Numbered from the stretch's first letter, positions 1 to 11,044 are shown. The stretch: 64,000 bases of DNA from an uncultured Actinomycetota bacterium (GCA_963736655.1 CAVTPM010000005.1:453295-517294), one strand, 5' to 3'. The notes: generated by a model from the sequence alone, not told the origin. Made by a program: numbers and translations.

Positions 1-327
1 ACCACGTCGGGCGAGCGCTATGCCGAGGCTCACCTGGCCTCGCTGCGGGCAGCCTCGGCCGTCCTGGCCGCGCGAGCCCGGCCGGCCAGGGTTCGTCGCG
101 GGCCCAGCAGCGTCTGGTCGCTGCTGCCCGAGGTGGCGCCCGAGCTCGGGGAGTGGTCGGCCTTCTTCGCGGCGGGTGCCGGCAAGCGCGCAGCCGCTGA
201 GGCAGGGCTGCCCGTGGTGACCACGCGCGAGGCCGACGACCTGCTCCGTGACTCCGCGACCTTCCTCGCCCTGGTCGAGACCACGCTCGGCCTCGACCAC
301 CAGGTCGCGCTGCCACTCACCGGCTGA
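1..327 (+). CDS. C-terminal part of a HEPN-like protein (resembles the actinobacterial SAV_6107-type HEPN family); 5' end lies off-window
   Basis: Frame +1 is open from base 1 to TGA 325-327. It reads ...ERYAEAHLASLRAASAVLAARARP...VWSLLPEVAPELGEWSAFFAAGAGKRAAAEAGLPVVTTREADDLLRDSATFLALVE... The family call is from remembered motif pattern only. Confidence 0.45.
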   Translation, partial: TTSGERYAEAHLASLRAASAVLAARARPARVRRGPSSVWSLLPEVAPELGEWSAFFAAGAGKRAAAEAGLPVVTTREADDLLRDSATFLALVETTLGLDHQVALPLTG

Positions 328-343
328 AGGGCTGTTCCCGTCA

Positions 344-3300
344 GTGCCCACCGATCCTTTCGTCCACCTCCACGTCGCCTCGGGCTACTCGCTGCGGCAC
401 GGCGCCTCTCACCCGGGGGCCCTGGTGGCCCGGGCCGCGGAGCTCGGCATGGGGGCGTTGGCCCTCACCGACCGCGACGGGGTCCGGGGGGCGGTGAAGT
501 TCGCGAAGAGCTGCCTGGTCCACGGGCTGGCTCCGATCCTCGGTGCCGACTTCGCGGTGACCCCCGACGAGGACTCGACCGCCCCGGTCACCGTCCCGCC
601 CGACGGCTGCCCGCGCGCGGCGGTGCGGTCGTCGACCCTCGTCACCCTCGGGTCACCGTGCTCGCCCGCGGCGGTCCGCTGACCCCGGTCCGGCCCGGGG
701 GCGGCGTCCCCACCGGGGCCGGGTGGGCCGCCCTCAACCGACTGGTCTCAGCCACTCATCTCGGCACCGGCGAGGCGCCGGGGGAGCGGGGTCGTCCGGT
801 CAGCAGCCGGGAGCTCGTGGCCCGGCACGCCGCGGCAGGTGGGCTCGTCGTCCTGCTCGGTCCCGACTCCGAGGTCGGCCGGGCCCTGGCGGTCCGGCGA
901 CCCGACCTGGCCCGGGTCGCCCTCGACCGGTGGCGGGAGGTGGTCGCCCCGGCGTTGCTGCGCATCGAGGTGGTCTCCCACCGAGGACCAGGTTCGGGGC
1001 TCGGGTCGAGCGTCCTCGCTGCCCGGCTGCTCTCCTTCGCCCGCGACCAAGGAGTGGAGGCGATCCTCACCAACACCGTGCGCTACGCCGAGCCGGCCGG
1101 GGCGGCCACGTCCGACCTCCTCGACTCCGCCCGACGGCTCGTGGCCCTCGACCTGCGTCACGTCGACCGGGTCAACGCCGAGGGTTACCTGAAGCCCGGT
1201 GCGGCGATGGCCCAGGTCGCGGTCGAGGTGGCCCGACTGGCCGGCGGGGCGGGCGACACCGAGAGGACCTGCGTCCGCAGGCTGCTGGACGCGACGGCTG
1301 CGCTGGCTGCCGACTGCGTGCTCGACCCGGCCCGCGACCTCGGTCTCGGGGCGGTCCACCTGCCCGAGCTCGCGGTGGTCGATGCCAGCGGACGACCGGC
1401 GCCCGTGGTGCTGCGCGAGCGGTGCGAGGCCGGGCTCGCTGTCCGCTACCCCGGGGGTGCCCGGCTGCGGCGTGCCGCGCAGGTCCGGCTCGACGACGAG
1501 CTCGCGGTGATCGGCGCCCTCGGCTACGCGACCTACTTCCTCACCGTGGCCGAGGTCTGCGCGATCACCCGCTCGCTCGGCGTACGGGCCGCCGCCCGCG
1601 GGTCCGGAGCCGGCAGCCTGGTGCTGCACGTGCTCGGGGTGTCCGGCGTCGAGCCCCTGCGCCACGGCCTGCTCATGGAGCGCTTCCTCACCCCCCTGCG
1701 TCACGCTCTCCCCGACGTCGACATCGACGTCGAGTCCGCTCGGCGGGGCGAGGTCTACGAGGCGGTCCTCGACCGTTTCGGGGGTGACCGCTGCGTCTGC
1801 GTCTCGATGATGGACACCTACCGGGTGCGGCACGCCGTACGCGACGTCGGTGCGGCCCTGGGCCTGCCACCTGGTGAGGTCGACGCGATCGCCAAGGCGT
1901 TCCCTCACATCCGGGCCCGCGACGCCCGGGCGGCCCTCGCCGACCTGCCCGAGCTGCGGGCGAGCCGCATCGGTGCGGGTGGTGCGCAAGGCCTGGACAC
2001 CTTCTTCGGTCTGGTCGAGAGCCTCGACGGGCTGCCGCGCCACGTCGCGCTGCACCCGTGCGGGGTGATCCTGTCCGACGGCGGGCTGCTCGACCGCACC
2101 CCGGTCGAGGCGAGCTACCTCGGCTACCCGATGAGCCAGTTCGACAAGGACGACGTCGAGGACCTCGGTCTGCTCAAGCTCGACATCCTCGGCATCCGGA
2201 TGCAGTCGGCCATGGCGCACGCCGTGACCGAGGTGGCCCGGGTCGACGGACCCACCGCCCACGGTGCCGGTTCCGAGGGCCTGATCGATCTCGACGACCC
2301 CGGCTGCGTCCCGCTCGACGACGGACCCACCTTCGACCTCATCCGGTCCACCCACACCCTGGGCTGTTTCCAGATCGAGTCCCCGGGCCAGCGTGAGCTC
2401 ATCGGCAAGTTCGCCCCGGAGACCTTCGGTGACCTCGTCGTCGACATCTCCTTGTTCCGGCCGGGGCCGGTCAAGTCCGACATGGTCACCCCGTTCCTCA
2501 AGGCCCGGCAGGGCTGGACGTCGGCCAGCTATCTCCACGACGACCTGCGGCCGGTCCTGGAGGAGACCTGTGGCGTGGTGGTCTTCCACGAGCAGGTCAT
2601 CCGCATCGTCGACGTCCTCACCGGGTGCGGCCTGGCCGAGGCCGACGAGGTACGGCGTTCCCTGGGCTCGCCCGACGGCCAGGCCGAGATGCGTGCGTGG
2701 TTCTATCCCCAGGCGCTGCGCCGTGGCTACTCCCTCGAGGTCGTCGAACGGGTCTGGGAGGTGCTCAAGGCGTTCGCCTCCTTCGGGTTCTGCAAGGCCC
2801 ACGCCGCGGCGTTCGCCCTGCCCACCTACCAGTCGGCCTGGCTCAAGGCCCATCACCCGGCCGCGTTCCTCGCCGGTGTGCTCACTCATGACCCCGGCAT
2901 GTATCCCAAGCGGCTGATCCTCGACGACGCCCGTCAGCTCGGGATCGCCGTCCTCGGTCTCGACGTCAACGCCTCCGACGAGGTCTTCCGGGTCGAGCGG
3001 GTGGCCCCGTGGGACGCCCCGCCCCCGGGCATCCTCGGAGCGCCCCCACGGGAGGCGCCGCTGATCCCAGGGCTCCCCGACGGTCGCGCCTACGGCATCC
3101 GGCTGTCCCTCGCCGAGGTCAAGGGCATCGCCGCCGCCGAGGTCTCCCGGATCGTCGCCGGTCGTCCCTACGCCTCCCTCGCCGACTTCTGGCACCGCAC
3201 CCGGGTCGCCCGACCGGTCGTCGAGCGGCTCGTGGTCGCCGGGGCCTTCGACAGCCTCTACGGCATCGGCTCGGTGGTTCCGGTCCGCCGGCGCGGCTCG

Positions 3301-4344
3301 GTCACCCGACGTGACCTGCTGCTCCAGGTCGCCGAGCTCGACCGGTGGAGTCGGGCCGTCGACCGTGGGAGTCGTCGTCGGGCGCCGACCTCCCGGGCTA
3401 CCCAAGCAGCCCAAGCAGCCCAAGCAGCAGGCCCCGGACGCGCCACCGACGTACGGGCGCTCGCGGCCCGGCAGTCCCAGGCGAGCGCCGCCGTACGCCC
3501 CTCGGATGTGCAGCTCACCCTCGATCTCGGCGACAGCCCGGAGCAGGTGAGCAGCTCGGGGCTCCCGGAGATGACCGGGGCCGAACGGGTGCGGGCCGAG
3601 CTCGACGTCCTCGGGCTCGACGTCAGCCGGCACGTCCTCGACTTCTACGCGCCGATGCTCGACGCCCTGGGGGTGACCCGCGCGCAGGACCTGCTCGGTC
3701 AGCGCAGCCAGGCCGAGGTGCTCGTCGCCGGGGTCAAGGTGGCCACCCAGACCCCGCCGGTCCGTTCGGGGCGTCGGGTGGTCTTCCTCACCCTCGACGA
3801 CTCGACCGGACCGGTCGACGCCACGTTCTTCGAGGACGCCCAGGGGCCATACGCCGCAACGGTGTTCCACTCCTGGCTGCTCGTCGTCCGCGGTCACGTG
3901 CGCCGCACCGGACCCCGCGGGCTGTCGTTGCGGGCCACGGGGGCCTGGGAGCTGTCCGGGCTGTTCGCCACCTGGGAGGCCGAGGGTCTCTCCGCGGTCC
4001 ATGCCGTGCTGGCCGAGGTGCCCGCCGGGTGGGCCGAGGAGGCAGCCAGCGCGGCGGCGGTCGAAGGTGCGGCCGGGAGCCGTTCGGCGCGACCGGTCAT
4101 CGCCCGACCGCCCGGAGCCTCGGGTGGGGCTCACGAGTCCTCTCCGGCCGGGGGCATGGGTCAGCGGCGGGTGCTCGTTCATGCGAGCGGGTTCCGCCAG
4201 TCGCCGTACGCCGACGTGAAACCGCCCGGCGCCGACGTCAAGAGGGGGACACCGCCGGCCGACGATGCCGGGCCGCCCCGGCGCGAGGGACCGAAGGCCC
4301 CGCGCAAGCTCTGGCACTCCAGCCCGGGCAGCTCAGGTGCCTGA
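344..4344 (+). CDS. dnaE2: Error-prone DNA polymerase III alpha subunit DnaE2, with one apparent frame break near 600
   Basis: GTG 344 opens the PHP motif FVHLHVASGYSLRHGAS...LALTDRDG (frame of ORF 248..682). The rest lies in ORF 658..4344 (GFCKAHAAAFALPTYQSAWLKAHHPAAF; C-terminus RKLWHSSPGSSGA as remembered for DnaE2). The frames join around VTVPPDG / ARGGAVVDPRHPRVTVLARGG. The start is 17 nt after the upstream stop. Confidence 0.85.
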
Positions 4345-4362
4345 CGTGGGAACCTGGCACCG

Positions 4363-5634
4363 ATGAGTCGCAAGCAGCAGCTGGACCGTCCCGGCGCCCC
4401 CGACGGTCCGCCCGCCGACGACACCGGGTGCACGATCCTGCACGTCGACATGGATGCCTTCTACGCATCGGTGTCGCTGCTCGACCATCCAGAGCTGCGT
4501 GGGACCCCGGTCATCGTCGGTGGCGGAGGCACCCGCGGAGTCGTGCTCTCGGCGACCTACGAGGCTCGCCGTTCGGGCATCCACTCGGCGATGCCGATGA
4601 CCCGGGCGCGCCGGATGTGCCCGCAGGCCACGGTGCTCGAGCCGCAGCCCGAGCGCTATGCCGCGGTGTCCGCCGCCGTCATGGAGGTCTTCCGCGAGGT
4701 CACACCGCTCGTCGAGCCGCTCTCCCTCGACGAGGCGTTCCTCGACGTCTCGGGCGCCGTTCGACGTCTCGGGCGCCCCACCTTGATCGGCGAGACCATC
4801 AGGGCCCGGATCGCCGACGAGCAGGGTGTCACCTGCTCGGTCGGCGTGGCCACGACCAAGTTCGTGGCCAAGCTCGCGACGACTCGCGCCAAACCCGACG
4901 GGCTGCTCGTCGTTCCCGCTGACGCGGTCGTCGCCTTCCTCCATCCCCTCCCGGTGTCAGCGCTGTGGGGCGTCGGCGAGCGCACCGAGGAGGTCCTCTC
5001 CCGGCTCGGTCTGCGCACCGTGGGCGACCTTGCCCGCACCCCGCGTGCCACGCTCGAACGTGCCCTCGGCCCGGCAGCGGGATCACACCTCGCGGCCCTC
5101 GCCTGGGGGCGCGACGAGCGCCGGGTCGTCGCCCATGAGCCGGACAAGAGCATCGGCGCGGAGGAGACCTTCGCCACCGACGTCGACGACCCCGAGGTCA
5201 TCCACCGCGAGCTCCTGCGGCTCTCTGAACGGGTGGCAGCGCGGTTGCGGTCCGCAGGGCACGCCGGGCGGACGATCGCGCTCAAGGTCCGCTTCGCCGA
5301 CTTCACCACGATCACGCGGTCCCGCACCCTTCCCGAGGCCACCGATGTCGGCCACGAGGTCTACGCCACCGCCCGCGGCCTCTACGACGCCCTCGGGCTC
5401 GAGCGAGCCCGGATCCGGCTGGTCGGCGTACGCGTGGAGGGGCTGATCGATGCCGGGTCGCGGACCCAGCAGCTGCTGCTCGACGCCCCAGAGCGCGGCT
5501 GGCGGGAGGCCGAGCTGGCGGTGGACACCGCCTCGAGACGGTTCGGTCCAGGGGCGGTCCGTCCGGGGTCGTTGGTCCGTGGCCAGCCCGATCCTCGGGG
5601 GTCCGGCGACCCAGGAAGGCACCGCCCGCTGTGA
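4363..5634 (+). CDS. dinB: DNA polymerase IV (Y-family)
   Basis: Intact 423-aa ORF with ILHVDMDAFYASVS...TPVIVGGGG...SLDEAFLDVSG motifs. It begins 19 nt after dnaE2. Confidence 0.9.
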   Translation: MSRKQQLDRPGAPDGPPADDTGCTILHVDMDAFYASVSLLDHPELRGTPVIVGGGGTRGVVLSATYEARRSGIHSAMPMTRARRMCPQATVLEPQPERYAAVSAAVMEVFREVTPLVEPLSLDEAFLDVSGAVRRLGRPTLIGETIRARIADEQGVTCSVGVATTKFVAKLATTRAKPDGLLVVPADAVVAFLHPLPVSALWGVGERTEEVLSRLGLRTVGDLARTPRATLERALGPAAGSHLAALAWGRDERRVVAHEPDKSIGAEETFATDVDDPEVIHRELLRLSERVAARLRSAGHAGRTIALKVRFADFTTITRSRTLPEATDVGHEVYATARGLYDALGLERARIRLVGVRVEGLIDAGSRTQQLLLDAPERGWREAELAVDTASRRFGPGAVRPGSLVRGQPDPRGSGDPGRHRPL

Positions 5635-5747
5635 GGGGTCGCCGGGCATGTTCGGTGAACAATCCTCAGGTCGGCTTTCGCCACCGCCGATGCCTGTTTA
5701 TGCTGTAGTCAGCCGGGCCCGGTCCGGTCGAGCGAAGGAGGATCCAG

Positions 5748-6143
5748 GTGCCCCTCTCCGAGCACGAGCAGCGCTTGCTCGAGCAGATGGAGCGGGCCCT
5801 CTACGCCGAGGACCCGAAGCTCGCCTCCACGCTTCGCGGGGCCGATGTCCAGGCCCACCAGCGCCGCCGGGTTCTCGTGGGTTCGCTCGGCCTGGTGCTC
5901 GGCCTCGGGCTGCTCCTCGCGGGTGTGAGCGTGGGCTGGCCGCTCGGCGTCCTCGGATTCCTCGTGATGCTCGTGTCGGCCTGGTGGATGCTCAGCGGGT
6001 GGCGCGGCGGCTCGAAGCCCGCTGCGGCCGCGGGCACCGGGCGCAGCACCGGGAAGCGGAGTCCCAAACCGGCCAAGTCCGCCGGGATGATGGATCGCTT
6101 GGAGGACCGCTGGCGTCGTCGCCGTGAGGGCGACGGGAACTAG
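5748..6143 (+). CDS. DUF3040-type small membrane protein
   Basis: N-terminus MPLSEHEQRLLEQMERALYAEDPKL followed by a hydrophobic segment. GGAGGA lies upstream of the GTG start. Confidence 0.8.
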   Translation: MPLSEHEQRLLEQMERALYAEDPKLASTLRGADVQAHQRRRVLVGSLGLVLGLGLLLAGVSVGWPLGVLGFLVMLVSAWWMLSGWRGGSKPAAAAGTGRSTGKRSPKPAKSAGMMDRLEDRWRRRREGDGN

Positions 6144-8593
6144 CGCGCAGGCAGTCCGTCAGTCGAGAGAGCGCACGGGCGGTCGGTGAGACGCGGGTGG
6201 TCCGTCCCCTGCTGCGGTACCTGCGGGGCCGCACGTCCGCGACAGCATGGCGGGCGCGCCGCGGTGCTGTGTCGACCCAGTCGAGGAGGTCGGCGGTGCG
6301 CTCCCCGGCACGCGACAACAAGGACACCGGCGCGAGCACGGCCAGGATCCGGTGTCGCCGGTCGACGGAGCCGATCAGGCCGGTGCGGGCCGTCCGTACG
6401 TCGTCGGCCAGGTCGTGGGTCGGTGCAGGCGCAGCGGAGTAGCGGCGCGCGCTCGGAGGCCAACGCGAGGCGGCGCAAGGCGTCCGACGCCGGGCGGGCG
6501 TGGAGATCTGCTCCCTCGATGAGCTCCAGTGCCACCTGGCGGGGCGTTCGCGAAGGGGGCCACCTGAGGCCGAGGTCGGCGGACGTCGCCGAGAGCTCGG
6601 CCCATGCAGCTGCGGCCGCTGCTCGCGGCTCGTCGTCGTCGGCGTGGGCGAGCCGACGACGCCGTTGGCCCGTGCGGATGACCGCGGGTACCAGGAGGGC
6701 GGCGACGAGGAGCAGGGGGACGAGCACCCACACCCAGGGGAAGCCCCCGCTGGCGCCGGCCCCGCCGGCGAGAGCCGACGCGCCCCCCTCGGTGGTCTCG
6801 GGGACGCCGAACGGCAGGTCCGGGCCGGCGCTCGCGGACGGCGAACTGCCTTCGCCTTGATCGGGGCGCTCTCCGCCGGCGTCGGGGGACGACCCGGCTT
6901 GGGTCCACGGAGGCTCACTGACCCCGGCGTTGTCGCTGGGGGTGGGCTCGAAGCGCGTCCACCCGACACCCTCGAAGTAGACCTCCGGCCAGGCGTGCGT
7001 GTCGTGCCACGACACGGTCCACGTCTGCGTCTCGGCGTCGTACTCCCCGGGGACGAAGCCGACCACGACCCGCGTGGGAAGTCCGAGGTGGCGGGCCATC
7101 ACGGCGAAGGTTCCGGCGAACTGCTGGCAGAACCCCTTCTTGGTGGTGAGGAAGTCCGTGAGCGGATCGTTCTGATCAGCCTGTGCGGTGGTGTCGTAGA
7201 CGAAGCGTCCCGGTGCCGTGAAGTAGTCCTGCAAGGCCTTCGCCTGCTCGAACGGGCTCGTGGCCTGCCTCGTCGCCGCGTCCGCCTCCCGCGTGACCAG
7301 CTCCGGAAGCTCAGGGATCTTCGTGTAGGCGGCCAAGAAGGTGGGGTCGCCCGACCGGGTGTCCGTGAGCTGCGCGCCCGAGGGAGTGACTTCCAGGCTG
7401 AGCGCCGAGTAGACCAGGCCGTCGGAGTCGGAGGAGGGCGACCAGATCACCCGGTTGTTGGTGTCCCACACCCAGTCCTGTGCCCGGTCGCCCTCGACAG
7501 AGACGGCCGTCACGGGGTACGGCGCCGGCAGCCACGTGCTGTCGCTCAGCTCGGCGAGGGTGACGTCGGTACGGACCTCCGTGCGCGGTGTCAGCACCGA
7601 GAGGTCAGGCGCAGGGAGCGGCCCGTCGGTGACCCGGCCGGACGTCGTGAGCACCGAGGGGACCCAGTTCGCGCCGTCGAAGGTGTCCAGGGTGACCAGC
7701 CGGAGGTAGTCCGGGCTCTCGCTCGTGGTCCGGTAGGTCAAGACCGTCGAGTCCTGGGGACGGTTGAGGTCAGCGCCCAACGACACGAACGGGTTCACGG
7801 TGGTGACCGTCCTGCTGCCATCACCGCCGGACCCCTGGCCGCCCCCGCGTCCGAAGACCGCTTCGCTGAGTCCGGGGACGACGGCGGGGACGACCACCGC
7901 CAGGGCCACCACGGCGATGCCGATCCGTCGGCCGACCGCCCCCAGCGGTTCGGGTGGCGGGGTCACGCTGCTGGTGGTCGGGTCACCGGTGTAGGTGCGC
8001 GTGCCCAGCCGTCGTCCCCACCCGCCCATCCGCTCGCGTCCGTCGGCGAGCAGGAGGGCGAGCCAGCCGGCCGCTGCCACCCCGAAGTAGATCCACGACA
8101 CCCCGTTCGCCACCACGGACACCGGGACGGCATAGAGGACGAGCAGGGGAAGGCCAGCGAGGGCCGGCGAGCGGTAGGTGACCGCGACCGTGTCGACGAC
8201 GACGGCGACCAACCCGACCGAGGCGGCCACCAGGAAGCTCAGCCCAGGCGTCACCGCGGCAGGAGGCGCGTAGGTCGAGATGGTCGTGAACGCCTCGTCC
8301 AGCAGGCGGCCGACCTCCACCCGGACGTCCCGTCCGGGGAGGACGCCCCAGACGGCCAACGAGTGAGTGAAGTGGATCATCATCACCAGGCCGAGGGCGG
8401 CCAGCTCCAGGACCGGCACCAGCAGGCGTGGCGCGCGCAGGCGTCGGGCGGTGTAGCCGGTGGCGGCGACCGACATCACGGCGAACAGCGTCGGCCACAC
8501 CCACTGGCCGGTGGCCAGGGTGGGCTGGAGCGACAGGCCGGCGAGGAGCACCGCGACCGCCGACGCGATCGTGAGCCGCGGGAGGCCGCTCAT
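6140..8593 (-). CDS. Transglutaminase-like (TgpA-type) polytopic membrane protein; frame break near 6445, 3' end uncertain
   Basis: Multi-TM N-terminus. Core motif GFCQQFAGTFAVMARHLGLPTRVVVGF...WHDTHAWPEVYFEGVGWTRFEPT. Its start overlaps the DUF58 stop as ATGA (8590-8593). The tail switches frame at ...LALASERA / RYSAAPAPTHDLADDV... Confidence 0.75.
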   Translation of the reverse strand: MSGLPRLTIASAVAVLLAGLSLQPTLATGQWVWPTLFAVMSVAATGYTARRLRAPRLLVPVLELAALGLVMMIHFTHSLAVWGVLPGRDVRVEVGRLLDEAFTTISTYAPPAAVTPGLSFLVAASVGLVAVVVDTVAVTYRSPALAGLPLLVLYAVPVSVVANGVSWIYFGVAAAGWLALLLADGRERMGGWGRRLGTRTYTGDPTTSSVTPPPEPLGAVGRRIGIAVVALAVVVPAVVPGLSEAVFGRGGGQGSGGDGSRTVTTVNPFVSLGADLNRPQDSTVLTYRTTSESPDYLRLVTLDTFDGANWVPSVLTTSGRVTDGPLPAPDLSVLTPRTEVRTDVTLAELSDSTWLPAPYPVTAVSVEGDRAQDWVWDTNNRVIWSPSSDSDGLVYSALSLEVTPSGAQLTDTRSGDPTFLAAYTKIPELPELVTREADAATRQATSPFEQAKALQDYFTAPGRFVYDTTAQADQNDPLTDFLTTKKGFCQQFAGTFAVMARHLGLPTRVVVGFVPGEYDAETQTWTVSWHDTHAWPEVYFEGVGWTRFEPTPSDNAGVSEPPWTQAGSSPDAGGERPDQGEGSSPSASAGPDLPFGVPETTEGGASALAGGAGASGGFPWVWVLVPLLLVAALLVPAVIRTGQRRRRLAHADDDEPRAAAAAAWAELSATSADLGLRWPPSRTPRQVALELIEGADLHARPASDALRRLALASERAPLLRCACTDPRPGRRRTDGPHRPDRLRRPATPDPGRARAGVLVVACRGAHRRPPRLGRHSTAARPPCCRGRAAPQVPQQGTDHPRLTDRPCALSTDGLPAR

Positions 8594-9876
8594 GCGACAC
8601 CCCCGCTTGGTGTCAGAGCCATCTGGCCGCTGCGCGATGCCGCCGGCCACAGGTCCGCGAGGTGGTCCCCGCTGCGGGCCGTCAGGACCCGCCAGCCGGC
8701 TCCCCTGAGCACGGCCGCCCCGGCGTCGAGGTCAGGCCCGAGCGGGGCACGGCTGGACTTGGACGATCGCCAGGTGGAGACGTCGAGGAGCACGGCCACC
8801 GCCGAACCGCCTCGGTGGTGGGAGCGAATGAGCATCTGAGCCTCGGGCACGCTGGTGGCCCCGAGAACGCACACGAGCAAGCCGTCGGCCGCCCCGAGGC
8901 GCAGCCGATCCGACGGGTGGAGTGCCGTCACGCCCGTGGGGGTCACCGCAGCGAGGGCGTCGAGGAGGGCTGCCTGCTGGGTTCCCAGCCCCTGCTGACC
9001 ACCTGCCCCCGCCAGCCTGGCCCCGGTGTCGGTCACCAGGTCGACGGTGTAGCCCGCCCGACCCGCGTGCGCGCCGATGGACGCAGCGGCGGAGACGGCC
9101 CACTCGAAGGACGAGGCCGGCCCGTCCCCCCGGTGGGCGCTCGCGCGCGTGTCGAGCAGCAGGGTGCAGTGCGACTCCCACGGCTGCTCCTCGCGGCGGA
9201 CCATGAGTTCCCCGTAGCGCGCCGTGGACTTCCAGTGCACGCGTCGTAGGTCGTCGCCGTGGCGGTACTCACGCGTCGCGACGTCGTCCTCGCCCGCCGC
9301 AGCCACCGAGCGGGATCGGCTGTCGCCGGACCCGGCCCAGTCACCGCCCAGGGGAACGGCAGGCAGCCGGTGCACGACCGGGGTGACGACCAGGGTGTCC
9401 TGAGCGGCGAAGGACCTGGTCAGCTCGCACATGCCGAAGGGGTCGGACAGTCGGATCGTCAGCGGGCCGATCGCGTAACGGCCACGGACCTCGGGGCGGA
9501 CGGGGTAGTCCACGGTGCGGGAGCCGCGTGGCTCGACCCGGTCGAGCATGAACCGAGGGCGTGAGCCCAGCACGTAGGGCAGCCGGTCCTCGAGGAGCAG
9601 CAGCCCCGTCGGCAGGCGGGAGACGTTCTCGAAACGGAGCACCACCCGGGTCTCGTCGCCAGCTGCGACCCGGCCCGGTGCGAGCCGTCGCGTGCAGGCC
9701 AGCCGGTATCGCGTCCGGGCCACCACCGCGGCGCTCACCAGGGGCAGCGCGGTGAGGAGCACGGCGACCCGAAGGAGATCACCCTGGCCGAGCACCAGCG
9801 AGGTCAACGACGCGGCGATGCCGGCCGCGAGGAAGCAGCGACCGCGTGTGGTCAGTCCGCCGAGTGCCTCGCGCAT
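8590..9876 (-). CDS. DUF58 domain protein
   Basis: ATG 9876 (MREALGGLTTRGR...), two N-terminal TM segments, and the DUF58-like motif EDDVATREYRHGDDLRRVHWKSTARYGELMVRREEQPW. It starts 7 nt after the MoxR stop. Confidence 0.8.
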   Translation of the reverse strand: MREALGGLTTRGRCFLAAGIAASLTSLVLGQGDLLRVAVLLTALPLVSAAVVARTRYRLACTRRLAPGRVAAGDETRVVLRFENVSRLPTGLLLLEDRLPYVLGSRPRFMLDRVEPRGSRTVDYPVRPEVRGRYAIGPLTIRLSDPFGMCELTRSFAAQDTLVVTPVVHRLPAVPLGGDWAGSGDSRSRSVAAAGEDDVATREYRHGDDLRRVHWKSTARYGELMVRREEQPWESHCTLLLDTRASAHRGDGPASSFEWAVSAAASIGAHAGRAGYTVDLVTDTGARLAGAGGQQGLGTQQAALLDALAAVTPTGVTALHPSDRLRLGAADGLLVCVLGATSVPEAQMLIRSHHRGGSAVAVLLDVSTWRSSKSSRAPLGPDLDAGAAVLRGAGWRVLTARSGDHLADLWPAASRSGQMALTPSGGVA

Positions 9877-9883
9877 CGCCCGG

Positions 9884-10857
9884 TCAGCTCCCTGCGCCGT
9901 CCGGCACCGGGACGCTGCGCACCAGGTCGGTGACGATCGTCTCGGTGCCTCGCCGCGCGATCTGGGCCTCGGCGGTGAGCAGCAGGCGGTGGGCGAGAAC
10001 GGGGACGGCGAGGGACTGGATGTCGTCCGGGGTGACGTAGTCACGGTCGTCGAGCGCCGCGGCGGCGCGGGCCGCGCGCACCAGGTGCAGGGCGGCCCTC
10101 GGTGAGGCGCCCGAGGCGGAGCTCGTTGGAGTGACGCGTCGCGCCGACCAGGTCGATGATGTAGCGGCGGACGGCGTCGCTCACGTGGACCTGGCGGACG
10201 GCCTGCACCATCTGGGCGATCTCGTGGGCGTCGGTGACGGGCTGGACCCCACTGAGCGGGTCAGACGCCGGAGTGCAGGTCGAGCATCGCGAGCTCCGCC
10301 GCAGTGTCGGGGTAGCCCATCGAGACCCGCGCCATGAACCGGTCACGCTGAGCCTCCGGGAGCGGGTACGTGCCCTCCATCTCCACCGGGTTCTGCGTCG
10401 CCATGACCATGAAGGGGCCGTCGAGGGGGTACGTGGTCCCGTCGACCGTGACCTGGCGCTCCTCCATGCACTCCAGCAGCGCGCTCTGGGTCTTGGGGGA
10501 GGCCCGGTTGATCTCGTCGCCGACGACGATGTTGGCGAACACCGACCCCGGCTTGAACTCGAAGTCCCTGGTGTCCTGGTTGAACACGCTGACTCCGGTG
10601 ACGTCGGACGGGAGCAGGTCGGGGGTGAACTGGATGCGGCGCACCGAGCAGTCGATGGAACGGGCCAGCGCCTTGGCCAGCATCGTCTTGCCGACGCCGG
10701 GCACGTCCTCGATGAGCAGGTGGCCCTCGGCGAGCAGCACCGTGATGGTGACGCGCACGACCTCGGGCTTGCCTTCGATGACCCCCTCGACGGCCTTGGC
10801 GATGCGCGCGGCGGAGCCGCGTACGTCGTCGAGTGAGGTGATCGGGGTGTCCGTCAT
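9884..10857 (-). CDS. moxR: MoxR-family AAA+ ATPase; two apparent frame breaks (~10265 and ~10110)
   Basis: Walker [16 protein letters not shown]; Walker B and sensor [31 protein letters not shown]. The protein is split over ORFs 10261..10899, 10041..10346 and 9884..10081, which join colinearly. Confidence 0.85.
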
Positions 10858-11044
10858 CGGACTATCTTGACCCACGCGCGCGATTTGCGTACTCCTCACC
10901 TGAGGTCCGACTCTGCGCGCGGCCTTGCGGTTCCCGGCTCCGGGGATCCGTGAGCCCGACCCGGCTCGCGGCCCGCCCCGCCCGGGCCCCTAGGCTCGAG
11001 GCGTCCGACACCCCTCGCGAAGGGGGCTCTCCCTGGAGGCAGCG

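Noticed and set aside
748-4317. 1189-aa ORF on the minus strand
   Set aside because: It is fully antisense to dnaE2, whose conserved motifs are unambiguous. The translation is Arg/Gly/Pro-rich low complexity, typical of stop-poor antisense frames in high-GC DNA.
1-5750. Search for LexA (TCGAAC-N4-GTTCGA / Cheo-type) boxes near dnaE2, dinB and DUF3040, including GTTCGGTGAAC at ~5650
   Set aside because: No site has both half-sites at correct spacing. The ~5650 element has the inverted half-site order and 3-nt spacing. Partial TCGAAC or GTTCGA hits elsewhere in the window lack a partner half-site.
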